64,000 nt of DNA. Source: an uncultured Actinomycetota bacterium. GTDB taxonomy: Bacteria; Actinomycetota; Actinomycetes; Mycobacteriales; SCTD01. The notes beneath the pieces were generated by a model that was given only the letters and a program-made list of their open reading frames with translations, had not been told where the DNA came from and searched no databases. Where the stretch lies: contig CAVXHI010000010.1 in the NCBI GenBank assembly GCA_963761655.1, positions 137,400 through 201,399 on the forward strand. Direction: 5' to 3'. Each line of letters begins with the position of its first letter. The first letter of the stretch is position 1. The translations under genes and the position numbers were made by a program. Positions 1-10,487 of the stretch are shown piece by piece.

Positions 1-1031
1 AGCCGCAGCAGCGCACCGAGGCCTCCCCGGTCAACCAGGTGCTCGCCAGCGGTCGGCCGATGCTCGTCCCCGAGGTGACCGACGAGCTGCTGCTGGCGCT
101 CGACGACGGCGACGAGCTGTCCCAGCTGTACGCCCGGCTCGGCAGCCGCAGCGGACTGGTCGTCCCGCTCCTGGCCCGCCGGCAGGTGCTCGGCGTCGTC
201 TCGCTGGTCAGCTCCGAGAGCGGCCGCACCTACGACCACTCCGACCTCTCGCTGGCCGCCGACCTCGCCCGCCGGGCCGCCCTGGCCGTCGACAACGCCC
301 GGCTCTACGAGCGCGAGCACGCGGTGGCCGAGCAGCTCCAGCGCAGCCTGCTGCCGGACCTGCCCGAGGTCCCCGGCCTCGACGTCGCCCCCGTCTACCT
401 GCCCGGCTCGACGGCGGCCCAGGTGGGCGGGGACTGGTACGACCTGTTCTCGCTGCCCGACGGCGTCCTCGGCGTCGCGATCGGCGACGTCATGGGCCAC
501 GACCTGCAGGCCGCCGCCTCCATGGGGCAGCTGCGGTCGGTGCTGCGCAGCTACGCCTGGCAGGGCAGCACCCCCGCCACGGTGCTCGCCTCCCTCGACG
601 AGCTCGTGCAGGGCCTGCACATGGCCGCCCTGGCCACCGCCGTCTACGCCCGCCTGACCCTGCCCGACGCCGGCCGCCCGGGGCTGCTGCGCTTCGCCAA
701 CGCCGGCCACCTGCCACCCGTGCTGCGCCTGCCCGACGGCACGACCACCCTGCTCGACGGCGCACCGGGCCTGCTCGTCGGTGCGGCGCTCGGCACCGAG
801 CGGCTCGAGCACGAGGTCGAGGTCCCGGCCGGGTCGGTCCTCCTGCTGTGCACCGACGGCCTGGTCGAGCGACGCGGCCTGGACCCCGACGACGGCCTCG
901 AGCGGCTGCGCTCCGTGGTGGAGGCGTCGGGGGCCGCGACCGCCCGCGGGCTGGCCGACGACGTCCTCGCCGCCCTGGCCGCCGACACCCTCGACGACGA
1001 CGTCGCCCTGCTGGTCGTCCGCGTCCTGTGA
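1..1031 (+). CDS. GAF + SpoIIE/PP2C (RsbU-like) serine phosphatase, probably 5'-truncated by the window edge
   Basis: GAF-like [19 protein letters not shown], then PP2C motifs [34 protein letters not shown]; frame is open back to the window start. Confidence 0.9.
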   Translation, partial: PQQRTEASPVNQVLASGRPMLVPEVTDELLLALDDGDELSQLYARLGSRSGLVVPLLARRQVLGVVSLVSSESGRTYDHSDLSLAADLARRAALAVDNARLYEREHAVAEQLQRSLLPDLPEVPGLDVAPVYLPGSTAAQVGGDWYDLFSLPDGVLGVAIGDVMGHDLQAAASMGQLRSVLRSYAWQGSTPATVLASLDELVQGLHMAALATAVYARLTLPDAGRPGLLRFANAGHLPPVLRLPDGTTTLLDGAPGLLVGAALGTERLEHEVEVPAGSVLLLCTDGLVERRGLDPDDGLERLRSVVEASGAATARGLADDVLAALAADTLDDDVALLVVRVL

Positions 1032-1822
1032 AGGTGGACCTGGGCCTGCCCGAGGTCGCGCCCGACTTCCCCCGCGACTGGCTCGAGTTCGTCGACCCGG
1101 CCGACCCCGCCCACCTCGTGCGGGCCGACCTCACCTGGCTGCTGTCGTCGTGGACCTGCGTCTACGGCAGCGGCTGCGCGGGCGTCGTCGAGGGGCGCCC
1201 CGACGACGGCTGCTGCAGCCACGGCGCCTTCTACAGCGACCCCGACGACGAGGCCCGGGTCGCGCGGTTCGCCCGGCAGCTCAAGAAGAAGGACTGGCAG
1301 CACGCCGACGTCGGCCGCCGCGAGGGCATCAGCGAGGACGACGACCTCGAGGGCGAGCCGGCCCGGCGCACCCGCGTGGTCGACGGCGCCTGCGTGTTCC
1401 TCAACCGCCCGGGGTTCGCCGGCGGGGAGGGCTGCAGCCTGCACGCCCTGGCCCTGCGCACCGGGCTGCACCCGCTCGAGACCAAGCCCGACGTCTGCTG
1501 GCAGCTGCCGGTGCGGCGCGAGCAGGAGTGGGTGGACCGGCCCGACGAGACCCGGGTGCTCGTGACGGCCCTGGGCGAGTTCGACCGTCGCGGGTGGGGC
1601 CCGGGCGGCGCCGACCTGCACTGGTGGTGCACGTCCTCACCGGTGGCGCACGTCGGGGCCGAGCCGCTCTACGTCACCTACGGCCCGGAGATCGCCGCCC
1701 TGCTGGGGCAGCCGGCGTACGACGAGCTGGTCCGCCTGCTCGCCCTGCGCGGCCCGGCCGGTCTGCAGCACCCGGCGACGACGGCGGCCCGCGAGGCCGG
1801 CCTCCCCGCCGACCCGCGCTGA
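1028..1822 (+). CDS. Conserved Cys-rich actinobacterial protein, possibly Zn/Fe-S binding
   Basis: GTG at 1028 overlaps the upstream TGA (GTGA); Cys motifs [35 protein letters not shown]. Confidence 0.75.
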   Translation: MKVDLGLPEVAPDFPRDWLEFVDPADPAHLVRADLTWLLSSWTCVYGSGCAGVVEGRPDDGCCSHGAFYSDPDDEARVARFARQLKKKDWQHADVGRREGISEDDDLEGEPARRTRVVDGACVFLNRPGFAGGEGCSLHALALRTGLHPLETKPDVCWQLPVRREQEWVDRPDETRVLVTALGEFDRRGWGPGGADLHWWCTSSPVAHVGAEPLYVTYGPEIAALLGQPAYDELVRLLALRGPAGLQHPATTAAREAGLPADPR

Positions 1823-1949
1823 CCCCCTGACCCCCCGCTGACCCCCGCTGCCCGCCCGCTCGCTGCCCGGTGATCTTCCGCACCTGGTGGTCGACACGCC
1901 GTGGCGGACCGCAAGACGGGGACGCTCGCGAAGGAGCGCTCCCGCTGGC

Positions 1950-2630
1950 TCAGGCCTCGAACTTGTAGCCCAGCCCCCGCACCGTCACCAGGTGCTGCGG
2001 GCTGCCCGGGTCGGGCTCGACCTTGGCGCGCAGCCGCTTCACGTGGACGTCGAGGGTCTTGGTGTCCCCCACGTAGTCCGCCCCCCAGACCCGGTCGATG
2101 AGCTGTCCGCGGGTGAGCACCCGCCCGGCGTTGCGCAGCAGGAGCTCGAGCAGGTCGAACTCCTTGAGCGGCAGCGACACGGGCGCGCCCGCGACGGCGA
2201 CGGTGTGCCGCTCGACGTCCATCCGCACCGGCCCGGCCGAGAGGACCGCGCCGGCGGCCTCCTCGGGCTCGGCGCCCCGGCGCAGGACCGCCCGCATCCG
2301 GGCCAGCAGCTCGCGGGTCGAGTAGGGCTTCGTCACGTAGTCGTCGGCGCCGAGCTCGAGGCCCACGACCTTGTCGATCTCGCTGTCGCGGGCCGTCAGC
2401 ATGATCACCGGCACGGACGACCGCTGCCGCAGCTGCCGGCAGACCTCGGTGCCGGACAGCCCCGGGAGCATGAGGTCGAGCAGCACGAGGTCGGCGCCGC
2501 CGCGGTCGAACTCCGCCAGCGCCTCCGGGCCCGTGGAAGCGACCGCCACCTCGAAGCCCTCCTGCTCGAGCAGGTAGCTGAGCGGGTCGGAGAAGGACTC
2601 CTCGTCCTCGACGAGCAGCACGCGGGTCAT
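1950..2630 (-). CDS. regX3: OmpR-family response regulator RegX3
   Basis: MTRVLLVEDEESFSDPLSYLL...LLDLMLPG...GADDYVTKP...GDTKTLDVHVKRLRAK; coupled to sensor kinase, next to phoU and gpmA. Confidence 0.93.
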   Translation of the reverse strand: MTRVLLVEDEESFSDPLSYLLEQEGFEVAVASTGPEALAEFDRGGADLVLLDLMLPGLSGTEVCRQLRQRSSVPVIMLTARDSEIDKVVGLELGADDYVTKPYSTRELLARMRAVLRRGAEPEEAAGAVLSAGPVRMDVERHTVAVAGAPVSLPLKEFDLLELLLRNAGRVLTRGQLIDRVWGADYVGDTKTLDVHVKRLRAKVEPDPGSPQHLVTVRGLGYKFEA

Positions 2631-3757
2631 CTGTCCTCCAGGTCGGGGGCGGCCGGCAGGTGCAGCGTGAAGGTCGACCCGTGCCCCTCCGAGCTCCACA
2701 CCGTCACCTCCCCGCCGTGGTTGGTGGCGACGTGCTTGACGATGGCGAGGCCCAGCCCGGTGCCGCCGGTGGCCCGGCTGCGGGCGGGGTCGGCCCGGTA
2801 GAAGCGCTCGAAGACGCGCTCGAGGTCGGACTCGGCGATCCCGATGCCCTGGTCGCTGACGCTGACCTCGACCGCCGACTGCTCGCAGCGGACGGCGACG
2901 GCGACCCGGGTGCTGTCCGGGCTGTAGTGCACAGCGTTGTCGAGCAGGTTGGCGAGCGCGGTGACCAGCTGCTGCTCGCTGCCGAGGACCGTGAGGCCCC
3001 GGACACCACCGCGGACGATGTCGATGCCGCGGGCGCTCGCGACCACGCGGGCCCGGTCGACGGCCTCGGCGACGACGCTGTCGAGCGGCACCCGGACGGG
3101 GTCGGGCAGCGGGTCGGCGCCCTGCAGCCGCGACAGGTCGATGAGCTCCTGCACGAGGCGGGCCAGCCGCTCGGACTCCCGCTGCACCCGGCTGCCGAAC
3201 CGCCGGACCGCGACCGGGTCCTCGCTGGCACCGACGAGCGCCTCGGCGAGCAGCCCCATGGCCCCGACCGGGGTCTTGAGCTCGTGGCTGACGTTCGCGA
3301 CGAAGTCCCGGCGCACGGCCTCGACCCGCCGCGCCTCGGTGACGTCCTCGAGGAGCACCGCCACCGTGCCGTCCCCGACCGGGGCGAGCCGGGCCCGGAA
3401 CACCGCCGGGGCGCGGCCCGGCGTGGCGAACGGCGCCTGCAGCTCGGTCTCCTGGGGGGTGCCGGTGCGGCGGCTGTCGTCGACGAGGCGGCGCAGCTGC
3501 GGCAGCGCCGCGAGGACGCCGCCCTGCACCAGCCCCAGGTCGTCGGCGGCGCGGTTCGCCAGCAGGACCTCGTGCGAGACGTCGACGACGAGGACGGCCA
3601 GCGGCAGCGCCTGCAGGACGTCGCGGGCCCCGGGCACGGGGGTCGCCGTCGGCGCGACCTCGACCGGGACGGTGCGCCGGGACCGGCCGACCGCGAAGCC
3701 CAGCAGCGCGGCGACCAGCACCGCGAGAAGGGCCGGCAGCAGGTCCACCTGCCGCAC
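2627..3757 (-). CDS. senX3: Sensor histidine kinase SenX3
   Basis: N-terminal TM; H-box FVANVSHELKTP, N-box NLLDNA, DQGIGI, FERFYR, GGTGLGL. Confidence 0.92.
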   Translation of the reverse strand: MRQVDLLPALLAVLVAALLGFAVGRSRRTVPVEVAPTATPVPGARDVLQALPLAVLVVDVSHEVLLANRAADDLGLVQGGVLAALPQLRRLVDDSRRTGTPQETELQAPFATPGRAPAVFRARLAPVGDGTVAVLLEDVTEARRVEAVRRDFVANVSHELKTPVGAMGLLAEALVGASEDPVAVRRFGSRVQRESERLARLVQELIDLSRLQGADPLPDPVRVPLDSVVAEAVDRARVVASARGIDIVRGGVRGLTVLGSEQQLVTALANLLDNAVHYSPDSTRVAVAVRCEQSAVEVSVSDQGIGIAESDLERVFERFYRADPARSRATGGTGLGLAIVKHVATNHGGEVTVWSSEGHGSTFTLHLPAAPDLEDR

Positions 3758-3851
3758 AGTAGGACCGGGGGAGCGGCGGGACGGCCCTGCGGCGCCCCGT
3801 GTTCACCTGCTGTGCACCTGTCGTGCAGACCGCCCTCGCTAGGGTCGCCCC

Positions 3852-4505
3852 ATGCGTGACGCCTACCACGACGAGCTCGACGCCATCTCCGCCTCCCTCG
3901 TGGAGATGACGAACCTCGTGGGGTCCGCCATGAGCCGTGCCACCACGGCCCTGCTGGACGCCGACCTGCAGCTCGCCGAGACCGTCATCGCGGCCGACCT
4001 GACCGTCGACGAGCTGTACCGCTCGGTCGAGGAGCGGGCCTTCGACCTGATGGCCCGCCAGCAGCCGGTCGCCAGCGACCTGCGCACCCTCGTCACCAGC
4101 CTGCGCATGGTCGCCGACCTCGAGCGCATGGGCGACAACGCCGTCCACGTCGCCAAGGTCGCCCGACGCCGCTACCCCGGGTCGGCCGTCCCGCCGGCGC
4201 TGCGCTCCACCGTGCTGAAGATGGGCCACGTGGCCGAGGAGATCGTCGCGAAGGCCGGCAGCGTCATCGCCGGGCGCGACCTGTCGCTCGCCGCCGAGCT
4301 CGAGAGCGACGACGACGTCATGGACGACCTCCACCGCCGGCTGTTCTCGACGATCCTCGACGACGAGTGGACCGACGGGATCGAGGCCGCCATCGACATC
4401 ACGCTCTGCGGCCGCTACTACGAGCGCTTCGCCGACCACGCCGTCTCGGTCGCCCGCCGGGTCGTCTACCTGGTGACCGGCGAGCGCGCCGTCACCGCAG
4501 GCTGA
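3852..4505 (+). CDS. phoU: Phosphate signalling protein PhoU
   Basis: ARQQPVASDLR, DLERMGD, ERFADHAV; TAGGGT -10 element just upstream of ATG (leaderless). Confidence 0.95.
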   Translation: MRDAYHDELDAISASLVEMTNLVGSAMSRATTALLDADLQLAETVIAADLTVDELYRSVEERAFDLMARQQPVASDLRTLVTSLRMVADLERMGDNAVHVAKVARRRYPGSAVPPALRSTVLKMGHVAEEIVAKAGSVIAGRDLSLAAELESDDDVMDDLHRRLFSTILDDEWTDGIEAAIDITLCGRYYERFADHAVSVARRVVYLVTGERAVTAG

Positions 4506-4656
4506 GCAGCACCGCCAGCACGATCAGCCCGGCTCCGCCCGTCCCGCCGACGAGCAGCACCGTCCGCAGCGTGCCCGGCGGGAAGTAGCCCTCCCGGGCG
4601 GGCTCCTCGATGCGCCGGGACGGCGACACGTAGCCCGGGCGCTTGCGGTGCGGCAC
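4492..4656 (-). CDS. Small membrane protein (54 aa), not in the ORF track
   Basis: GTG...TGA: MPHRKRPGYVSPSRRIEEPAREGYFPPGTLRTVLLVGGTGGAGLIVLAVLLSLR; C-terminal hydrophobic helix; fills the gap after gpmA. Confidence 0.5.
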   Translation of the reverse strand: MPHRKRPGYVSPSRRIEEPAREGYFPPGTLRTVLLVGGTGGAGLIVLAVLLSLR

Positions 4657-4692
4657 GTCAGTGGCCCCCCGTCATCAGTGGCCCCCCGGTCA

Positions 4693-5439
4693 TCAGTGGC
4701 CCTGGGCCGCCACCGCGGCGGCGGCCGCCGCGGCCGCCTCCGGGTCGAGGTAGGTGCCGCCGGGGACGGTCGGGGCGAGGGTGTCGTCGTCGAGGTCGTA
4801 GCGCAGCGGCTGCCCGGTGGGGATGTTCAGCCCGACGACCTGCTCCTGGCTGAGCCCGTCGAGGTGCATGACGAGCGCCCGCAGCGAGTTCCCGTGGGCG
4901 GCCACCAGGACCGTCTCGCCGGACCGCAGGTCGGGCACGACCGCGTCGTACCAGTAGGGCAGCAGCCGGTGCACGACGTCCTGCAGGCACTCGGTGCGGG
5001 GCACGAGGTCGCGGGCCAGCAGGGCGTAGCGCTCGTCGGTGCTGACGTCGTAGGGGTTGTCGGGGGCGATCGGCGGCGGCGGGACGTCGTAGGAGCGGCG
5101 CCACTCCATGAACCGCTCGTCGCCGTACTGGTCGCGGACGGCCTTCTTGTCCTTGCCCTGGAGGTCGCCGTAGTGGCGCTCGTTGAGCCGCCAGTGGCGC
5201 TTCACCGGGAGCCAGTTCCGCTCGCAGGACTCCAGCGCGATGTTCGCCGTCCGGATCGCCCGGGTCATCAGCGACGTGTGCACGACCGTCGGCAGGACGC
5301 CCTCCTCCTTGAGCAGCAGCCCGCCGAGGCGCGCCTGCTCCTCCCCGACCTCGGTGAGGTCGACGTCGACCCAGCCGGTGAACAGGTTCTTCTTGTTCCA
5401 CTCGCTCTCGCCGTGGCGGAGCAGCACGAGGGTGGCCAT
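4693..5439 (-). CDS. gpmA: 2,3-BPG-dependent phosphoglycerate mutase
   Basis: [38 protein letters not shown]. Confidence 0.97.
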   Translation of the reverse strand: MATLVLLRHGESEWNKKNLFTGWVDVDLTEVGEEQARLGGLLLKEEGVLPTVVHTSLMTRAIRTANIALESCERNWLPVKRHWRLNERHYGDLQGKDKKAVRDQYGDERFMEWRRSYDVPPPPIAPDNPYDVSTDERYALLARDLVPRTECLQDVVHRLLPYWYDAVVPDLRSGETVLVAAHGNSLRALVMHLDGLSQEQVVGLNIPTGQPLRYDLDDDTLAPTVPGGTYLDPEAAAAAAAAVAAQGH

Positions 5440-5496
5440 CGGACGATCGTGCCGCAGCCCGGCAGGAGTCCGGCGTCGGGGGTCGAACACTGACGG

Positions 5497-8146
5497 ATGC
5501 GCCCTGTCGTCCCCGCCCTCCTCGGCACCACCCTGCTGGTGTCCGCCGCCGCCCTGTCCGGGGCCGCGTCGGCGTCCTCGCCCGCGACGAGCCCGCTCAC
5601 CGTCCCGCGCTCCGGCTCGGTCGACCGCGTCCTGGACCGGGAGCGTCAGCCCCGGCGTCGACTCCGGCGGCTGCACGACGTCGGTGGACGCGACGAGCGA
5701 CCACCACGCGCTGTCGTTCACCGTGCCGTCCGGGCTGTACAGGACCGTGCAGACGAAGGTCACCGTGTCGATCGACGCGCTGACCGACAGCGACCTCGAC
5801 CTGCTGGTCACGGACCCGAGCGGCGCCATCGTCGCGAACGTGGCCTCGGGCGGCGGCGACGAGACGGCCGTCTTCCCCGACCCCGGCCCCGGCACCTACG
5901 ACGTCACGGTCTGCGCCGGCACGCTGCTGCCCGACGACTACACGGCGAAGGTCGTCGTCGCCAGCAGCGCCCGCCCGACGGCGACGGCGGCCAGCGGCCC
6001 GGCGAACGTGAAGGCCGACGGCCTGCTGTCCTTCACGCCCGCCACCGTCGTCGACCCCGTCCTGTTCGGCGGCGAGCCCGGCCTCAACGCCGACCCGACG
6101 GACGCGAAGAGGTACTTCGTCGACTGGCCGATCGGCGCCAACCAGACCGGCGTCCTGTACCGCTCGCTCGACGGCGGCGTCTCCTTCCAGAAGCGGTACG
6201 CCGACGCGCTCGACCTCGCGACGGCGGGCGCGGCCTGCCAGGGCCGTCAGGTCCCGATCTGCCCCGCCGGCGGCGGCGGCGACACCGACGTCCACATCAA
6301 CCCGACCACCGGCTCGACCTACTTCTCCAGCCAGGTCTCGCTGGCGAACGAGGCCATCGGCACCTCGGACGACCACGGCACGACCTTCCCGGCCGCCCAG
6401 GTCGACACCGCCGTCGCCAAGGGCCGGTCCGGCGTCGACCGGCAGTGGATCTCCTCGTTCACGGGCACCAAGGACGTCTACCTCAGCTACCACGTGCCGC
6501 TCGTCGGGCAGTTCGTCCACCACAGCGGCCAGGACGGCGCGCTCGGCACCTGGGACGACCCGGGCGTGCCGCAGATCGTCGGCGTGACCCAGAGCGGCTC
6601 GCAGGTCGCCGACAACGGTCCGGGGATCCACGGCACCCAGGCGGAGAAGGCCGGCAAGCGCCGGGCGCTCTACATCGGCTACCTCGGCACCACGCTCGTG
6701 CCCGGCGGCACGGCCGGCTTCAACGTCGCGGTCTCCACCGACGGCGCCAAGACCTTCACCAGCCACCAGGTCCCGGGCAGCGAGAACGCCCGCAACTTCA
6801 CCGTCGTCACGGTCGACCGGGCCGGCAACCTCTACGCGACCTGGACCGACAGCAGCGACCAGATCACCTACCTGTCCACCAGCAAGGCCGACGCCGGTGC
6901 CAACCGCACCGCGCCCGGCTCGGTCTGGAGCAAGCGCGTCCCGGTCTCCGGCGGCGGCCTGAAGGTCACGATCTTCCCGAACGCCGCCGCGGGCGACCCC
7001 GGTCGGGTCGGCATCGGCTTCTACGGCACCAGCGCCCCCGCGGCCACGCCCGACGACGTCGAGACCGGGCAGGGCGGTTGGTACCCGCACGTCAGCGTCA
7101 GCACCGACGCCCTGTGCCAGTGGGCCGCGAACCCCTGCGCCAGCCCGACGTTCCACCAGTCGCGGATCGCCGAGCGCCCCAACCAGGACGACAACATCTG
7201 CACCTCCGGGACGACCTGCCTCGCCACCGGCGGCAACCGCAACCTCGCCGACTACTTCGACATCACGATGGACCAGGGCGGCCACCTCGGCTTCGTCTGG
7301 AGCGACGGCAACAACGCGACCAAGCAGCCCTACGTGAAGGTCGCCCGCCAGACGTCCGGCCCGTCCCTGCTGGCCGGGGGCAGGACCGCCTCGCAGCCCG
7401 TCCGCCGCAACGGCCAGGCCGACGCCGCCGGTGACGCCGTCTACCCGTTCGCCGGCAAGCTGGTCGAGACCTCGCCGAACCGGCCCTCCCTCGACCTGCG
7501 GGGCACGACCGTCCGGCTCAAGGACGCCACCACGCTCGAGGTCCGCATGAAGGTGGCCTCCACGAAGCTCGGCGACGTCCCGACGCCGTCCACCCAGGCC
7601 GACGGCACCACGCTCATCGACGCCGCCCGCTACGTCACCCGGTTCGAGGCCGGCGGGAACGCCTACTACGTCGAGGCCACGGTCCCCCGTGGCGGGACGC
7701 CCTCCTACGGCGCCGGCACGGTGAACGACGCGCAGATCATCAGCAACCCGGGTGCGACCCGCAACGGCTACGCCAACAGCTACGTCCCGCAGGCCGCCGC
7801 CACCGGCCGGGTCGAGGGCTCGGACATCGTCGTCGAGGTGCCGGCCAAGACCGTCGGTGCGGGCAAGGGCGCGAAGCTGGTCAGCGTCGGGTCCTACGCC
7901 CTCCTGACGAGCGCCCTCGCCGACGAGACCAAGCAGCTGCTGACGCTCCCCCTCGTGGTCGACAGCACGCCGACGTTCTCGACGACCCTCGCCCTGCCCC
8001 GGGCCGCCGCCGCGCCCGTCTCCCGCCCGACGACGACGACCCCCGGCACGGGCACGCTCCCGACGACGGGCCTCCCGGCCGGGATGGCCGTCGCCGGCCT
8101 GGCCCTGCTGGGGGTCGCGGCACTGGTCCGCCGCCGGGCGGTCTGA
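5497..8146 (+). CDS. Large sortase-anchored secreted protein (PPC-like domain, Asp-box/BNR propeller-like region, LPTTG anchor); one frameshift near 5622
   Basis: Signal peptide [26 protein letters not shown] in one frame continues into the 5183 ORF; [11 protein letters not shown]; Asp-boxes [24 protein letters not shown]; LPTTG + TM + RRR. Confidence 0.8.
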
Positions 8147-8296
8147 GCCAGGCGCGCGACTCGGTCCTGGCGCGGGCCCGGGCGACCTCGCTCGCGTCGA
8201 GCGCTGACGCTCGACAGGGCCTCGAGCGGGACGCCGCTCTCCCGCCTGATGACGCGAGCTGGCACCTGCTCTGACCTGCTGTTTCTCGTTCAGAAC

Positions 8297-8318
8297 TGTC
8301 GGACCCGGGTCGTAGGTT
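8297..8318 (+). promoter_or_regulatory. PafBC/RecA-NDp-type DNA-damage promoter
   Basis: TGTCGG-ACCCGGGTCG-TA-GGT-T fits TGTCGG-N10-TA-N3-T exactly; ATG follows 6 nt later. Confidence 0.75.
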
Positions 8319-8324
8319 CGGGGC

Positions 8325-9688
8325 ATGTCAGGGACGTTGTTCGGGTCGACGCGGAGCGAGTGCGCGGCGGTCCGCGCGGCTGCTCGGGCGTCGGCGGTGG
8401 CGTTCGTGGCGGAGCAGCGGGCGCTGGTCGCGCTGTGGCAGGTGTCTGCGCCGGAGCACCGGGAGTTCGTCTCCGGTGAGGTCGCCTGCCTGCTCCACGT
8501 GTCGCCGCAGACCGGGGCGGACCGGCTGGGGCAGGCGCTGCGGCTGGTGTCGTTCCCCCGGCTGCTCGCGGCCCTGGAGGTCGGGCTGCTGGCGGTGCCG
8601 CACGCCCTGGCCCTGCTGGCGGAGGTCGAGCCGCTGTCCGCTCCGCACGCCGCGGCGGTCCTGGCGGAGGTCCTGGACGGTCCGGTCGACGACGACGGGC
8701 TGCTGGACGGGACGCCGTCGCAGCTGCGGGCCGCGGCCCGGCGGGCCGCGATCACGGTCGACCCTGCTGCGGCCCGGCGCCGGCACGAGGCCGCCCGTCG
8801 GACCGCCGGGGCACGGTTGCGGCCGCAGCCCGACGGGATGGCCGACCTGGTCCTCGGGCTGCACCGCGGTGGAGGGCGCGAGCGTGCTGGCGGCGTTGCG
8901 GGGCCGAGCGGCGGCGATGACGTTCACCGAGGAGCTCACCGAGGGGCAGAAGCAGATCGCCGCGCTGTTGCACGCCCTGGGGTGCGACCGGGTGGGCGTC
9001 CAGGCGGTGATCGAGTGCCCCGTCGAGCAGGCCGTCGACCTGCACGCCCTGGCCGCCGCCCCGGTCTGGACCGTCGGCCTGGCGATGCCCGCCGCCGTCG
9101 CCCTCGGGCTGTCGGACTGCCCGGCGGTGCTCGCCGGGTACGGGCCGATCGGCGCGGACCAGGCCCGGGCACTGCTGCCGCAGGCCGATCTGGTGAAGGC
9201 GTGCGTCGACAGCCGCACCGGCGAGGTCCTCACCGCCGAGCCGCCCCTCCGGCGGGCGAGCCTGGACCAAGGGCGACCCGGACCGGGCCCGGGCGCTCCG
9301 CCGGGCACTGGTCGAGATGGCGACGACCGCCAGCACGCTCCCGGACCTCACCGAGCCCGGCTACGTCCCGTCCGCAGCCCTCGGCCGGCTGGTCGACCTG
9401 CGCGACGTCACCAGCGTGTTCCCCGGCGACAGCACCCCCGCCCGACGCACCGACCGCGACCACCGCCTGCCCTGGCCGCTCGGCCAGACCGACCCGGGCA
9501 ACCTGCAGAGCCTCAGCCGGCACTGGCACCGCGCCAAGCACACCGGCTGGACCTCCCGCACCACCGACGACGGCACCATCCGGTGGAGCAGCCCCGGCGG
9601 CGGCGTCTACCGACGACGACCGCATCGGACGGCTCCACCACCCGTGCCGCCCGACGCGGCACTGCCGCCTCTGCCCGGTGCGCCGTAG
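8325..9688 (+). CDS. DUF222 (13E12-repeat family) HNH-signature protein, frameshifted near 8860 and 9280
   Basis: DUF222-like N-terminus, LAGYGPIGADQARAL; HNH-like C-terminus LRDVTSVFPG...DRDHRLPWPLGQTDPGNLQSLSRHWHRAKH with Zn-ligand Cys positions degenerate. Confidence 0.75.
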
Positions 9689-9708
9689 CCAGCCCTAGCC
9701 TGCGTCGC

Positions 9709-10227
9709 ATGACCGACGACTGGGTGCCTCCACCAGTGGAACCGCCGCTTCCCCCGCCGTTGCGGCTGGATGGGCTGACCCTGTCCTACGGGGACGAGCA
9801 GACGGTCGCCATCCAGGTTGAGGACGGTCTGCTCAATCTGCGGATGAAGCACGACGACCCGGAAGGCGAACTTCGCTTCGACTTCGCCCGGCTGCTGCTA
9901 CAGACCGGCAGTTGGCACGCGGTCCTCGGGACGGGGGCGCAAGACCACTTCATCAACCTGCGGGTTCGCGTCAGCCAGCAGCCGCCTGACGATGAGCGCG
10001 GCTGGCAGGCACAGGACGAGGTGGTGTTGGAGGGCGCGGAGGCGTACCTCGCCGTGGAGTCGCTCTACCGCCACGAGTACGTGAGGTGGGCACTCCCTGA
10101 AGACGGACCGTGGGCCCTCCGTACTCGCTGCCGAGGGCGAGACCGGGGGAGAACGACGGACGGCACGGCCTTCACGCCAGAAGACCGCGAAGAGTGGCTT
10201 CTGGACCTCTGGCCCGCTCGACGGTAA
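9709..10227 (+). CDS. Hypothetical protein with atypical codon usage
   Basis: ATG preceded by TAGCCT -10; more A/T-ending codons; ends RCRGRD...EEWLLDLWPARR. Confidence 0.65.
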   Translation: MTDDWVPPPVEPPLPPPLRLDGLTLSYGDEQTVAIQVEDGLLNLRMKHDDPEGELRFDFARLLLQTGSWHAVLGTGAQDHFINLRVRVSQQPPDDERGWQAQDEVVLEGAEAYLAVESLYRHEYVRWALPEDGPWALRTRCRGRDRGRTTDGTAFTPEDREEWLLDLWPARR

Positions 10228-10487
10228 GTCCCGCTCACGGTGATCGCGACGGGCGAGGCGCTCCCGCCGGACGCGATGGTCCCCGTGGTCGGCCGGACCC
10301 GCGCGGGTGCGCTGGGCAGCGGCGCCGCCCCCGCCGGACTCGTCACCGGCTGCGCCGTCGGTGGTCCGCCGACGGCGCTGGCGCTGGCGGTCCTGCGTCG
10401 CGCTCGGACTGCTCCAGGCGGTCCCGGTCTGTGCGGTGGCTCGGAGAGGAGGCCGAACCGGACGGGCCGCTCGCGCGTGGAGCAGGC

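Noticed and set aside
5597-8755. Very long antisense or alternate-frame ORFs (5597-8755, 28992-31259, 30106-32619, 33549-36230 and others)
   Set aside because: Shadow ORFs expected at this GC content; the opposite strands carry recognisable genes
10228-10487. Gene remnant or small ORF 10240-10491
   Set aside because: No RBS or recognisable motif; cannot be supported
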